A stretch of 64,000 nucleotides of DNA from Octopus sinensis (taxonomy: Eukaryota). Positions 38,546-51,721 of this stretch are shown here, one piece after another (positions within the stretch are counted from its first letter, which is position 1; each line of letters starts with the position of its first letter). The notes under the pieces are model-generated. The model was not told where the DNA came from. It was given only the letters and a program-made list of their open reading frames with translations, and ran no database searches. Where the stretch lies: assembly GCF_006345805.1 (NCBI RefSeq), contig NC_042997.1:109430001-109494000 (forward strand), in the 5' to 3' direction. The translations under genes were made by a program, and so were the position numbers.

Positions 38546-38825
38546 GTGGAGGCGCAATGGCCCAGTGGTTAGGGCAGCGGACTCGCGGTTTCGATTCTCA
38601 GACCGGGCGTTGTGTGTGTTTATTGAGCGAAAACAACCTAAAAGCTCCACGAGCCTCCGGCAGGGGGTGCGGGTGACCCCTGTTGTACAATTTTGCCACA
38701 ACTTTCTCTCACTCTCTCTTCCTGTTTCTTGTGTAACGCTGCGATGGACTGGCGTCCCGTCCAGCTGGGGGGAACACATACACCACACAGAAACCGGGAA
38801 ACCGGGTGCATGAGCCTGGCTAGAC
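38546..38825 (+). mobile_element. SINE family E head with tail type 2
   Basis: Same head; the tail GTAACGCTGCGATGGACTGGCGTCCCGTCCAGCTG...AAACCGGGAAACCGGG is shared with 41138-41225 (reverse complement). Confidence 0.9.
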
Positions 38826-39654
38826 TTGAAAAGGGCGATGTTTATCGTTTTATATATATATACGAAAAACAATTGAACATCGACCTCCTTCTCTAGTAAA
38901 ATACTCAATCTAATATTTATACTTATTATTACCTTATTGATAGTGACCTCGAAGTTTTTTGTTAGTTGTGGCTTCATCAAACTGTGAGGTGAAGACTGGT
39001 AGCAATTTTTGAGTAAATCCCTTCAAAGGAAAGGAGAATTGATTAAACTGAAACGACTAAAGTATTGAGAAGATTATCGAATTATTGAGAGCAAGGCGTT
39101 ACCAATGTTCATCGTGGAGTTTGAACAAGCTCCAGTAAGTGAAACTTCAAAGTAACCATCAGTAAAATTATTCTAAATATTAGACTCTGCTGTTTTATGT
39201 ATTCATCAGAAAAGTCTTCCCAGGTTCACCATTCTGGCCGAGCATAATGTGGGAAGCCTTCCCGCTGCACCACGTATGAATACACCGCATCAGTTTTACA
39301 TACAGTAACGTCACCGAAAATAAGACATTTCCTACCAGGTTTACATCAGACGTCGCTTTAATATACTCTATATCGTTAGATTCAATTTCGTCTAATATAA
39401 TTTAGATAATCACTTAGTGATATTACTATAGGAATTGAAAAAAGAAAACACAGTTATTTTAGTTTAATTCAATTACATCGGTAAAGTATTTGCTGTACAA
39501 CATTTACAAACAGATGGACTCTCTCTCTCACTAATAATACTACACGGTGATATAGTTCTTATATCTATATTATAAATACCAATGTATACATACATACATA
39601 CATACATTCATACATACATACACACATACATACATACACATATACATACATATA

Positions 39655-39905
39655 TTCCAAAAGATGCTATGCACATCGATTAAAGTAAAACCACTCAAGT
39701 GGCCAACTATGTATGGAGGTTGACAACCATTTGTACGCCACGTAGAATCAAGGAGAGAATCACAGAGAAATCCATGCCATATGTATATGGATCTACGAAA
39801 TGCAACTTATGCCTAGTTGAAAGATCACGCATTCTTTTTAGATCTAGGAATTCTACTGCCTAACTTAATTGCTAATCCGAAATTTTCGGCAAATGTAAAT
39901 ATATG
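39655..39905 (+). mobile_element. Penelope-like element, degenerate endonuclease C-terminal fragment
   Basis: STQVANYVWRL...RITEKSMPYVYGSTKCNLCLVE...N.SEIFGKC resembles the PLE T.LS.Y.W.L...I...a..Y..G...C.LCL.EK...LN.R.E...KC.H tail. Confidence 0.65.
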
Positions 39906-41007
39906 GACAAATACTTCTGGGCAAACTGGAGGACACCACCTTTTCCGGATCGAACAGCTGTCTCGTAGACTTTGGACCCCCTCTACGTTGTTTCATTCTA
40001 CAATAACAAGTTGATTCATGGCTTCAACGCTCAGAAGGTGCGAGACTCAAATTCCCAGTTCTTTTCCCGTTTTTATTCACCTTCTCATCTTTTGCATCAA
40101 CCTTTTCCTCATTTTCTCTTGTAATTTCTCAAATATCAACGTCATGAATATAAAATAGAACATACCATGTGCTCAAAGCTTAAAGATTGCTTGGAGACAC
40201 AAGGAGGGTTATAAAAACCTGACAAGACGCATGTATTCACAACAAGAAATTATTAGTATCTTTACTCTGTGTATATTAAGTGATTTTTAGCTCTCACTAC
40301 GTGGAGAGCTATTTTTATTGATCTTACATTAACGAAACAGTAAACCAAACACACACACATATATATATGTAGTGTATATGCATTAAGTATGATCCATAGA
40401 TGGCTATTTTGATTAAACAGTGCTTCAATTATGAACAGCGGATTTTTATTCAGCCAGGCAGTTATTCGCGGCATCATTGAATGTTCACCTGTTTTCTATA
40501 TCGGAGATGATGAATTCTCGTTCGAGCATGTTGCTGGCTGCGAGTATCCGATATCGAAAAGGGCCCAAAAGACTGAAATACATTTGGCGCCCTCGTTGAG
40601 ACGATTTTCCCTCTACCTCTGTCATTTATTTGGGTTTTTTTTACACAGTATGTCAATAAGAGATGTTTGTTCGTCATTTATGTGTCATACTAAATGCATG
40701 CACAGTGTTGATAGGCCAGTTATTGAAGTATATATGAAACTAAAATAGAGATTTTCATTTGTGTATATTAAATATATACCCGTTGAATTGTGTGAAAGTT
40801 TTTCTCTGCTTATTGGTTGTAAAACTGCCAAAACAGTGAAAAATTGAATGCTTGCATCCCAATAGAGGAGACTGTTTTCCTTGGATTATATATATATATG
40901 TATGTACATTCGGAATAACAATATCGCAAAAACGTGAGTGTATACATACAACTGTGCGATATGTGCATATATGTTTGTTTATATTTGGATATATGTAAAT
41001 CTGAAAG

Positions 41008-41087
<80 letters not shown>

Positions 41088-41137
41088 TGTGTGTCTGTGT
41101 ACATATATATATATAATAAATGCGCCTTATTTGAAGC

Positions 41138-41369
41138 CTAACCAGGCTCATGGGCCCGGTTTCCCGGTTTCTATGGCGTATATGCTCTCCAGCTGCACAG
41201 GATGCCAGTCCATCACAGCGTTACTCATTTTTGCCAGCTGATTGGACCGGAGCAACGTGAAATGAAGTGTTTTGCGCAAGAACGCAACGCGTCACCCGGT
41301 CCAGGAATCGAAACCACAATCTTATGATCATGGTGCTGACACCCTAACCACTAAGCCACGCACCTCCAC
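41138..41369 (-). mobile_element. SINE family D head with tail type 2
   Basis: The minus strand starts GTGGAGGTGCGTGGCTTAGTGGTTAGGG...GGTTTCGATTCCTGG; tail as at 38735-38825. Confidence 0.88.
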
Positions 41370-41379
41370 ACATATATAT

Positions 41380-41471
41380 ATATGTGTGTGTGTGTGTGTA
41401 TGTATATATATATGTGTATGTATATATATATATATAATATTATATATATTATATATTATATATATATATAT

Positions 41472-41529
<58 letters not shown>

Positions 41530-41686
41530 AAATATATATATTTGTATATATATTCGTATATATACAAATATATATATTTGTATATATATTCGTATATATG
41601 TACATATATACATATATCTATCTATACATATATGTGTGTGTGTATATATATAATATATATATATATATGTATGTATACAGAGGCAG

Positions 41687-41741
<55 letters not shown>

Positions 41742-41800
41742 CATATATATATATACATACATACATACATACATACATACATACATACATACAGATATAC
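41380..41800. repeat. Large compound (TG)/(TA)/(TACA) tract
   Basis: Direct reading. Confidence 0.95.
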
Positions 41801-42103
41801 GTTGACAGATGTGGATGTTTTTATATGTATGCGGGTGTGCGTGTTTATTTGTGAGTAAACAAATGCGTGGTGTATGTATACGTGTGCATACATATCTATT
41901 TCTATTTATGCCTTAAATCTGTGTGTATTCGTTCGCGTATATATATGTATATGTGCGTGTTCATATACATACGTATGTATGTATGTATGTGTGTACGTAC
42001 AGACACACACTCACATAAATAGATATACATTTAAATGTGTCAGACGAGAAATTGTAAGTACGCAAGCGGGTCCATATATATGTGTGTATACATTCATAAA
42101 TAA

Positions 42104-42151
<48 letters not shown>

Positions 42152-43192
42152 TCATATATATATATATTATACATACATCTATATTTATATTTATATATAT
42201 ATATATATATCTTTATACACATATATGTGTATATGTGTGTATGTATATGTACATGGGTGTGTGTAAATATTCGTGTGTGTATGTGTGTGTGTGCTAGCAG
42301 TGTACATAACGGTTTCCTTCCTCTTTATTAAAAGTATAAATAACGGGAGTAAAGTTAATCCCCTATTTACCAAGGATATAATAAATCACGTTGACGTTGG
42401 TTTTTGCTTTAAGTTTGAAACATAAGTGGAAAATGTATATTAAATCCAGGAAGAGAAAGTTTAAATGTTAAAGAACGGTGATCTATTGGAAATTGGAAGC
42501 GTATGCTAAAAGTCAAAATTCGTAAAACGATAGTAAATATGAATCCGAAACAACTTCGCGCTAGCATTCTTCAGAATTGCAATGCAAAGCGTGTCCAACG
42601 CAGTGTCGCTGCTAATAGGGGAGCAAGTGGAGCAACCGCTCCCTCTCTGCACATTTTTCAAAACTGGCGCTTTTTTCAACAATTGTCTTTTTACTCTTTG
42701 GTTCACTTGTGCGATAAAGTTTTATTAATCGCATGGCCCTGAAAGATCTTTCTGCAATCATTTATTTGATCAGACTTTCGTGTTTTTTAACGGTTTGCTC
42801 AGTCTCCTATGATATGTTGTTGGTCACAGACATCTGAAGAACCAAAATAAACCCTGACATCATATCTTCTCCACACTGGACGATCCGGTGGAGTTTCATA
42901 TTTTTCACGTCACACTTTTATCAGTAGCTGATTGCAACATGAAATTAATGAATGCAGAATACAATTATATATTTCATTATAAATAATAAAATATTTCGCA
43001 TTAGAGAAATGAGTTTAAAAATTGTTTGGTATGTGTTACAGCGTCCTGGTTTTATATGTGTTCGTTCCTCCTAATTTTAGAATCGGGCTGTGACTCTGTG
43101 CCTGTGGTCAGCTTAGCACAACGTAACGGTGTGGAGGAAATTCCGAGGGGATTCACACATAAATACGAGTGGTGATAGTTGAGGTGGTAGTG

Positions 43193-43238
<46 letters not shown>

Positions 43239-43269
43239 GAGGAGGAGGAGGAGGAGGAGGAGGAGGAGG

Positions 43270-43470
43270 AGTGATTTTGACGCAAACAGCCGGCAATTTT
43301 GAAGGTAGGAGGAAAGTCGACCTCAGTGCTTGACTCGTACTTTATTTTATCGACCCCCGAAGGATGAAGGGCAAAGTTTACCTCAGCGGGATTTGAACTC
43401 AGAATGCAAATAACCGAAACACGTGTCACTAAACATTTTGTTCGACGCTCTGCCAACTCTCAGCCTTCAC
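43270..43470 (-). mobile_element. SINE family A-related, degenerate
   Basis: TTTTATCGACCCCCGAAGGATGAAGGGCAAAGTTTACCTCAGCGGGATTTGAACTCAGAA. Confidence 0.8.
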
Positions 43471-43509
43471 TAACCGTTTCTGATCCTTTCCACGTACATT
43501 CTTCTATCT

Positions 43510-43700
43510 TTTATCTTTTACTTGTTTCAATCATTAGATTGCGGCCATGCTGGGGCACCACCTCGAAGAAGTTTTAGCCAAATGAAACTATCGCAGTATT
43601 TACTAGTTTTTTTTTAAAGCCTGTCTGTCTGAGGCCTAAGATACTTGCCCAATTTGCCACGCAGTGGGACTGAACCTGGAACCATGTGATTGGGAGGCAA
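43510..43700 (-). mobile_element. SINE family B, tail and head pieces joined by an internal deletion
   Basis: TTTTACTTGTTTC...GCGGCCATGCTGGGGCACC followed by GATACTTGCCCAA...GCAGTGGGACTGAACC. Confidence 0.8.
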
Positions 43701-43981
43701 ACTTTCTACTTCACAGCAACACCAGAATGTCCGAACGTGAAGGAGTTAATCAATTCCTTAGGCCCTTCCCTCCCCCCGCCTCGTACTTGGCTGGTCCTTT
43801 ATTTGATCCACCAGTAAAGGATATAATCAATCAAACGGACCACTGGACTTCTTAGAGTCCTCAATCTGATAATTATTCTGCCGAACAGCCAGTTGCAGGA
43901 ACATAAACAAACCAGCATCGGTTTTCAAGTAGTTAATTATCAATTGCAAACATGTCGACGCATATACGCTCATACACACAT

Positions 43982-44035
<54 letters not shown>

Positions 44036-44454
44036 ACAAACACTTACACACGCACGCACACACACATGCACAAACACACACACATGCGAGGACAGGTTTT
44101 CTTTCTGACTAAATTCATTCTGGTTTCTTATCTGTATGCGTGTGTCCACAAACACACTTACACACACACACGCTTAGCCACACACACACACACCACACAC
44201 ACACACAATGATGTTTTGTTTTATGCTAACACATGCATATAGATGCATGTGTGTTGCTTTCTAAAGTGTTTTGTGTGCGTGAGTCTGTGAGAGGAGCATA
44301 TGTACGTTTATGTGTGCATGCATATGCGTGCGTGCCTCTCAGAAACATGTGAAACAATTATCTATACACCATCTCATATATTTTTAATATACATACATAC
44401 ACGTACATACACATACACACACATTCACGCATATTTATATATATTATAACTACA

Positions 44455-44458
44455 TATC

Positions 44459-44554
<96 letters not shown>

Positions 44555-44555
44555 T
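44455..44555. repeat. (GATA)n microsatellite
   Basis: Direct reading. Confidence 0.97.
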
Positions 44556-44562
44556 CATGACT

Positions 44563-44594
<32 letters not shown>

Positions 44595-45133
44595 CATGAC
44601 TCTGTGTGTGTATGTGTGTGCGTGCGTGTATTTTCCATTTCTGTATTGTGTTTCTCTCCAAGAGTTCTGTTGTATTCTCTCCATTTTTCCATGATATTCC
44701 ACCAACAATAGGTATCGATCACTTTTGTTTCCGAGACAATGTGCATCACGAAGCGCCTTGAACACCAGCACCAGACACCAGACACTAAGCAACAATTCTT
44801 CAAAAGTACCACAGACTCTGCAACAAATGTCATTTTCGTGACGGTTCCTCTTCCATAGACTGAGACAGAAAAAAATTGACCCAAAAACAAAATGCGAAAA
44901 AAACGAAAATCATTTATCGAAGCTTAAAACGATAAAAGAAAAGGAAAATATGAAATAATTCTTTGTAGAGACCTTCGCCCTAGTTTCTACTTGGAATCCA
45001 TTTTTTTTTTTTTTGTGGGATTTACTTTCCATTTTTTCTTTTTCTTTTCTTTTTTGCTTGTAGATTGTTAGAAATAATAGGACTATCGCCGCGCCTTTCA
45101 TAATTACGACAGCAACGACGACAATGATGATGA

Positions 45134-45167
<34 letters not shown>

Positions 45168-45623
45168 GGTGGTGGTGGTGGTGGTGGTGGTGGTGATGGT
45201 GGGGATGGTGGTGGTGGTGGTGGTGGTGGTGGTGGTGGTGATTACAATTCCAGTTTTTATCATCTTTACCTGCTATTCATTTACGAATCTCAAAGGAGAC
45301 TATTTCGTTTCTCGTGTTGCCTGCAAGAACCTGTTGACAGTTCCGTTTATATTTATGCACTGACGACTCATCTTTTATTTACGAAGTGATGACAGCTGCA
45401 TCTATATTTATCTGGTAATAACAGTAAAAGCCTTATCCCGTGATGACGATTACATCATTATTTATACTTTTAAGTTTGTCTTTACAGATTTTCTATAGAA
45501 TTCCAGAGAGAGCACTGAAAGTGACGCCGTTTCTTATACGAATACGTCATGTAAACAGTGCGATCGAAAATAGAAAAAAAGTAATGACTGTTTATGCATA
45601 TTTCAAGAGTTATTGCTTTTGAA

Positions 45624-45856
45624 AAGGCGGCGAGCTGGCAGAATCGTTAGCACGCCGGGCGAAATGCTTAGCGGTATTTCGTCTGTCGTTACGTTCTGAG
45701 TTCAAATTCCGCCGAGGTTGACTTTGCCTTCATCCTTTCGGAGTCGATAAATTAAGTACCAGTTACGCACTGGAGTCGATGTAATCGACTTAATCCGTTT
45801 GTCTGTCCTTGTTTGTCTTCTATGTGTTTAGCCCTTTGTGAGTAGTAAAGAAATAG
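45624..45856 (+). mobile_element. SINE family A, full length
   Basis: Near-identical to 13423-13656. Confidence 0.95.
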
Positions 45857-46611
45857 AAATATGAATACACACCCATTTCTTGCATTTCTATCTTCGATCG
45901 TATCGCTTACATAGACGTATTCGTTTAAGAAATCTAAAAACTTTCAGTGATGTCTCTAAATTCTATAGAAATTTTTTAGAGAGACTTAAAAATGAGAATA
46001 TTGCACTGCTAACACAAAATAAGACAGAGTACGCTATGGTTACAAAACGAAATACTGTGTCCTTATGCCAGAAATTAAGCATTATTTATGTAATGATGAT
46101 TGTCACACCTTATTTATCTAGTGGCGACAGTTTTTGTTCACTTGTGTTTATTTTAGCCGATTCTTGAAAGCTGGATTATTCCTCTCTTGACAAACAAAGG
46201 TTTTCATAAATATCTTCAGTGGACGTGGAGGGAAAGAGTTCAAACTCACGGAGAGTCTGGTTGCTTTCAACAATGCGAGCTTTCGGAAAATATTGCAAGG
46301 TTCAATTAGTCTTTGTTGTGTATCCCAACTTAGCTTTTTTGAAGGACCATGATGCCGGGGAACTTTCTCCTCGTGATTCCTTCCCTTTTACAGAATTTTT
46401 TTTTCCAGACAATGCAATCTGGTTCCTTGAAAGTATTCAGAAAGAATCTACGAACATAAAACTTTCCTTCCGAAGATGAAATATGTTGCCACAAAATTTC
46501 GATGCAAGCAACATGCAGATAATTGCACCAATTGGGCAACTATTCTAAAAACTAGAAAATTACTTTTTGTAAATCTCACAACGAGAGATATTCAGCAACA
46601 GTACTTTGGAG

Positions 46612-46936
46612 TAAAGATTGTTCGCCAACATAACATAGCAGTCCTGGTTTAGGACGAGTGCTGCCGTAATTTAGCCTCAGGAGACATCATCTACAGCTGG
46701 CTATACGACACGATCTGTGTCCATATTACTCTGTGTTGATGAAGGGAAATAACCCGGAAATCGCGATACACAGATGTTGTTTTGAGCTGAGTGGGGGTGC
46801 TAGATTCCCTTGTTCGAAAATATGAGAGCACAGATCGGGTCGTATAGCCAGCTGGAGACGATGTCTCCTGGGGCTAAATTACAGCAACATTCGTCCTAAA
46901 CCAGGACTGCCATGTTATGTTGACAAATAATCTTTA
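46612..46936. mobile_element. ~325 bp fold-back element: ~115 bp inverted arms (~90% complementary) around a hammerhead-containing spacer
   Basis: The left arm TAAAGATT...CAGTCCTGGTTTAGGACGAG...CAGCTGGCTATACGAC...CATATT (46612-46727) is mirrored by 46818-46936, with ~11 mismatches counted by eye. Confidence 0.85.
46730..46774 (+). ncRNA. Minimal type I hammerhead ribozyme motif (U3 variant)
   Basis: TCTGTG-TTGATGA-A-GGG(AAATAA)CCC-G-GAAA-TCGCGA-T-A-CACAGA. Stem I is a perfect 6 bp (TCTGTG/CACAGA), stem II is GGG/CCC, and stem III is the palindrome ATCGCGAT. The AUA triplet predicts cleavage after 46768. Confidence 0.75.
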
Positions 46937-47568
46937 TCCTAAAAACAGCAGTAAAATTTTTTTCTATCATTTCTAAGCTTTTGACTACGATATTCTTCAT
47001 CTGCCTACCAAAATATTTCTAATCAACGCTGTGGACTTCTTTCCTATTTTATCCTGGTTCCTGCCTGTTTACATTGCAACTAGTAAGACATTTCCACAGT
47101 CGCGACTCTTCCCGACCTCCAGATATATACACTCCTTTGTGTATATTCGTTTTTCTCTTTATGTCTTATTAGTATGAATAGGCTCATATGCTGACCAGAG
47201 ACCTGTTGTCTGCCTGTTTATGCTGATAGGCATAAAATCGACGTCAACAAGAATTACACCTTTTCTTTTTGGCGGTGTCACCACTCACAGGCATTTATCA
47301 TGTTGGAGCTGACACTCTGTTGGCTATGGGGCTTCGTCAATAATCAATATCGATAAGTGCTTTTCATGTCAGCTGTACTATACATAAATGCATACATACA
47401 TACGTGTTTATGTGTGTGTTTATATGTGTGAGTGTTTATGTGTGTGCGCGCGCGAGTGCGTGTGCGTGTGCTTGTGTGTGTTTATGTGTGTAAATATAAA
47501 TACATGTACATACATATATATGTATATATATATATATATTTATATTAATACATACAAACAGACATGCA

Positions 47569-47676
<108 letters not shown>

Positions 47677-47696
47677 CATATACATATATATACATT

Positions 47697-48512
47697 AACA
47701 ACTTCCCTTCCCCGATATCCTCATTAAGAAATCCAACAACGTAATAGAAACAGATATATACTATAAGCCTACAGATTCCAAGCAATATCTAGCGTTCAAC
47801 TCATGCCACCCTAGACACACCAGAATGAATATCCCCTTTAACCTAACAAAAAGGATATGTACTATAGTACCAGAAACACACGACTACATGAACTAAAGGA
47901 TACACTCATCACCAGGAACTACCCACCTTCATTAATTGACATATGCATTCAACGTGCCCTACAACTCAACATCTACGAACTCAAACATCCCAAATTAAAG
48001 AAGGATTTAGAACCAAAAGCCCTACCATACATCTCCACACACAACCCTCTTAACGATGAAACCTTCGACATCATCCTTCAAAACATTCCCTTGCTAAAAA
48101 AGGACCACAGAATAAACTTAATCCTCCAAACACACACCATCATAAAAAGCAAGAGACAACCCAAATCTATGAAAAGTCTCTTAACACATGCCCGAATACG
48201 CTCAACAGCACAGAAACCGTCAGTAAAAAAATGCGGAAGACCCAATTATGGTATATGCATCAGTTTAATTGAGGGATCAGAGTACTCCTTCAAACAGGGA
48301 TAACGTTTCACAGTGAAAAGCAGCTTCACATGTACTTCTGAGAACCTGATATATGCACTAACCTGCTTTGGGTGCCAAGAGCAATACATAGGCCAAATAA
48401 AAACAGTCTACGTAAAAGGATGGCTCTGCACAGATCCCAGATCAAAACTTCCAAAATCAGAAAAATAGCATTCAGCCAACACATCGACATTTGCGCCAAT
48501 ATCAAAAATACC
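47697..48512 (+). mobile_element. Penelope-like element fragment: RT C-terminus/thumb, linker and GIY-YIG endonuclease
   Basis: LPF(L)DILI...IETDIYYKPTDSKQYLAFNSCHPRHT..NIPFNL.KRIC...RNYP...KKCGRPN...SFTCTSENLIYALTCFGCQEQYIG (LIY..YIG at 48346-48393)...LRKRMALHR; contains frameshifts and a stop. Confidence 0.93.
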
Positions 48513-48564
48513 TGTATGTATGTATGTATGTATGTATGTATGTATGTATGTATGTATGTATGTA

Positions 48565-48607
<43 letters not shown>

Positions 48608-48628
48608 ATGTATATCCGTGCTATTCAC

Positions 48629-48833
48629 CTTAGAAACTGAATGAAATGGAACAGATAATAATCAATGCTACGAAATTGTTGAATGGCAGATGAGTTCGTC
48701 GCATTTCCATTATAAGTTGAACTTTTGCTGACGATATTGCAGGGCAGCGGCAGGAAAAAAGAATATTCTCGAAGCAGTCCTGAAAGTGCATCGACAAGAG
48801 TTGGATCCGTAAGATTCCGACTGTGATTTCGTC
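48629..48833 (-). CDS. Candidate internal coding exon (unidentified, possibly extracellular)
   Basis: ttttgaag|GA...CTAAG|gtgaat bounds an open 67-codon frame with four N-x-S/T sequons (NHS, NLT, NAT, NSS). The acceptor is weak and no homolog was recognised. Confidence 0.25.
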
Positions 48834-51583
48834 CTTCAAAATTCATTTACATTTCTTTCTCTAGATGAGATTCAGAAATTCTCCGTTCAGAAGACACTAG
48901 GTAGGGCTCAAAAGATTCAAACTTAAACTCTGATGTCTTTACAGGGGATCAATTCCACAAGATAAAGAAAGGCTATAAGGGGGATCAAGTTGAGCGGGTT
49001 TAGAGGCAATTATGCGGATAAAACAAATTTGATACGTCAGATATATTAAATATATTAAATTCGTCAAATATAGTGAATGTATTTACGGAGATGTACTTGC
49101 ATAGCAAGTGAGCTGATCTGAGATCGTGTGCTGGAGCGAAAACAATTGCAGCGTGGAAGGTGTTTATAAGCCATTTAAGAAACGCAGAAAAACCGTTAGA
49201 TTCACTTCAACATTTAAATTTAATTTGTCAAAATATTTTCGTCGCTTTGAGACCGCAACCTGTTCACTGACAAAGTGTATGAATACAAAATATGTTTACA
49301 TGCAAAACGAGAGAAAGCAAAAGGTGGACACTTTCAGAGGATGATTTTTTTAAAGTATAAATATGCAGATGTTTATATTAATGGACCCAACTTATACAGA
49401 GTAAAAACGATAGAGAAACATAAAGGGGTGGGAGAAAGGTGTTATAATTGCAACAGTTGTTTCTGAGGGTTCATAGATCCATCATAATGTTGGTAGATTT
49501 AGTTCATCACAAAATGCGGCCGTATGGATGCAATTAACATATGATGAGACCAGCCTCCGTCATCAGAGTAGAGAAGATCTTACATTCCAGATCTTAATGT
49601 AGAGAAGTTCACAGACGGAACGATTAAATGTGGAGAGCGTGCCATTCTTTTCTACGCAAACTTATTCGAAACCTTAAACACAGATGCAGATACCATTCCA
49701 AAAGTAGACATGATCAAACATGATCTTTCTGGAAGTTATTTTGATTCTAAAAATCCAATTCCATTTCGTTCATTTCAGAGAATTTGTTTCGATTAAAAAT
49801 TTTTAAATGTCTTTATATTGATGTATTCACAGAGAAATTATGGTACTCCGGGGGTACCTATTAAAGGCATGCAGTTATCTGACACCTTATTGGGTTCTCT
49901 TCTTTAATAGGTACCAGTTTCCACTCAAGTTCCATTCAAATATACGCTGCTACCGCCATTTTGATAGTTTTTCTTTCTTATATTAAACTTCAGACAGAGG
50001 CAACGAATAGGGAAATCTAATCTCATACATATTTTTCTCTATTGTTTTCAGTTTTACGACTGTCTGCATTGAAGACGACCTCAGTAATAATCTAAACAGT
50101 AAAATTCCTCTTCGTTGCTGATTCAGCCAAATTCTTCAGTTCTAACTCAAACATTTGGATTCCTGCAGAAACAACAAATTCTACTTCTTTTCACAATACA
50201 CTCTTTTTATACTCTGCTTACTGTAAACCAGTTTACGAACGCCCACATTGATCATTGAAATCCAATCAAGGAAACAGCTCCTGTTTATTATTAACAATCT
50301 TTAAAATGCTTCTATGGAAGGCAGTACATTTTACTTTTTACAATGTTTGTATGGAAGGCAATAAGTACAATCTGCTGCTGCTACCGAGAGCCACTTGGGC
50401 AGTTGATTAATGAAATGCCCATCTACTTGTGAAATGTTTTAATAGATCCGACTTTATTAACGAATGACATAGGGGAGATCGAACTAGATATTTTTATGCA
50501 TAATCAATATTTCCGTACTTTTTCTGTTATTTGTTGTTGATGTTGTTGTTATTGCTGCTGTTGTTGTTTTCCTTTTGACGCCATAATTGAAATTGCAACA
50601 AAAACAACAAAGCGACAGAAATTCCGGCCCAAAACGACGACGACGTCTCCCTATAAAATATTTTGTTGAAATGAAAGAAAACATCGCTGAAACTTTCTTT
50701 CCAAAATCTCAATCATTTTTGGTACCTGAGGGAATTTGTCAGAAATCTTTCTTACTTGGAATCACTATCAGATTTTTATTGGAAATTTCTTATCTATTCC
50801 AACTTTCTCGGATGACGATCACAATTCGATATTTTCTTTTATTTTTTTTTTTCCTTCTTCTCTGTTTCCTTTTAGAAAGTCTCTCTCATTGTCGACTCAT
50901 CATTATTTTTCCTCTCGTCTCCCTTCATCTCTCTCACTCCTTCACCCTCATTTAACTGCATCTCTCTATATATACCCCTCTTTACTCCATCAACATTCAC
51001 TCTGTTTACCGTTTCTTTGTTTCACTTTGTCGCAGACTCTCATTCTGTCGTTCTCTCTCTGTCTCCCTTTTTCTCTCACCCTCACGTTCTCTCTCTCTCT
51101 CTCACTCTCTCTCTCTCTCTCTCTCTTTCTCTCTTTCTCTTTCTCTCTCTCTCTCTCTCTTTCTCTCTACCAACTCTCACCCTCTCTTTTATTTTCTTTC
51201 TCAGCCCCGTAGCAAACAACGAGACGAATTTAAAGCTGCGAAAACGTATTACAGATGGATGTTCGATAAAACTGCTGAAACACCGCCGCCGCCGCCGCCG
51301 CAGAACCAACTGACTTACACACCACCCCACAGCCAGTCCCCCATCCCCACCGCACTAATCAAATAAAAGAAGGAAGAGTTGATTCCAAAGAACTAGCAAG
51401 AGATCTCTACTCAACCGCTAACTTTCACCTTTCCTCATTTCAAGAATACCATCGATCACAATATTTAATAAACACACACACACAATCCACACAGCAACAA
51501 CAACAACAATAACAAGCAAACAAAATCTTAGAATTTATTAGCTTATTCTATTTATTATGTATTTCAAAAATATCACTATTGTG

Positions 51584-51600
51584 ATAATAATAATAATAAC

Positions 51601-51681
<81 letters not shown>

Positions 51682-51689
51682 CATTATCA

Positions 51690-51721
<32 letters not shown>

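Noticed and set aside
40495-40572. FWALFDIG resembling a TRP-channel pore helix
   Set aside because: That frame hits a TAG stop before any donor site.
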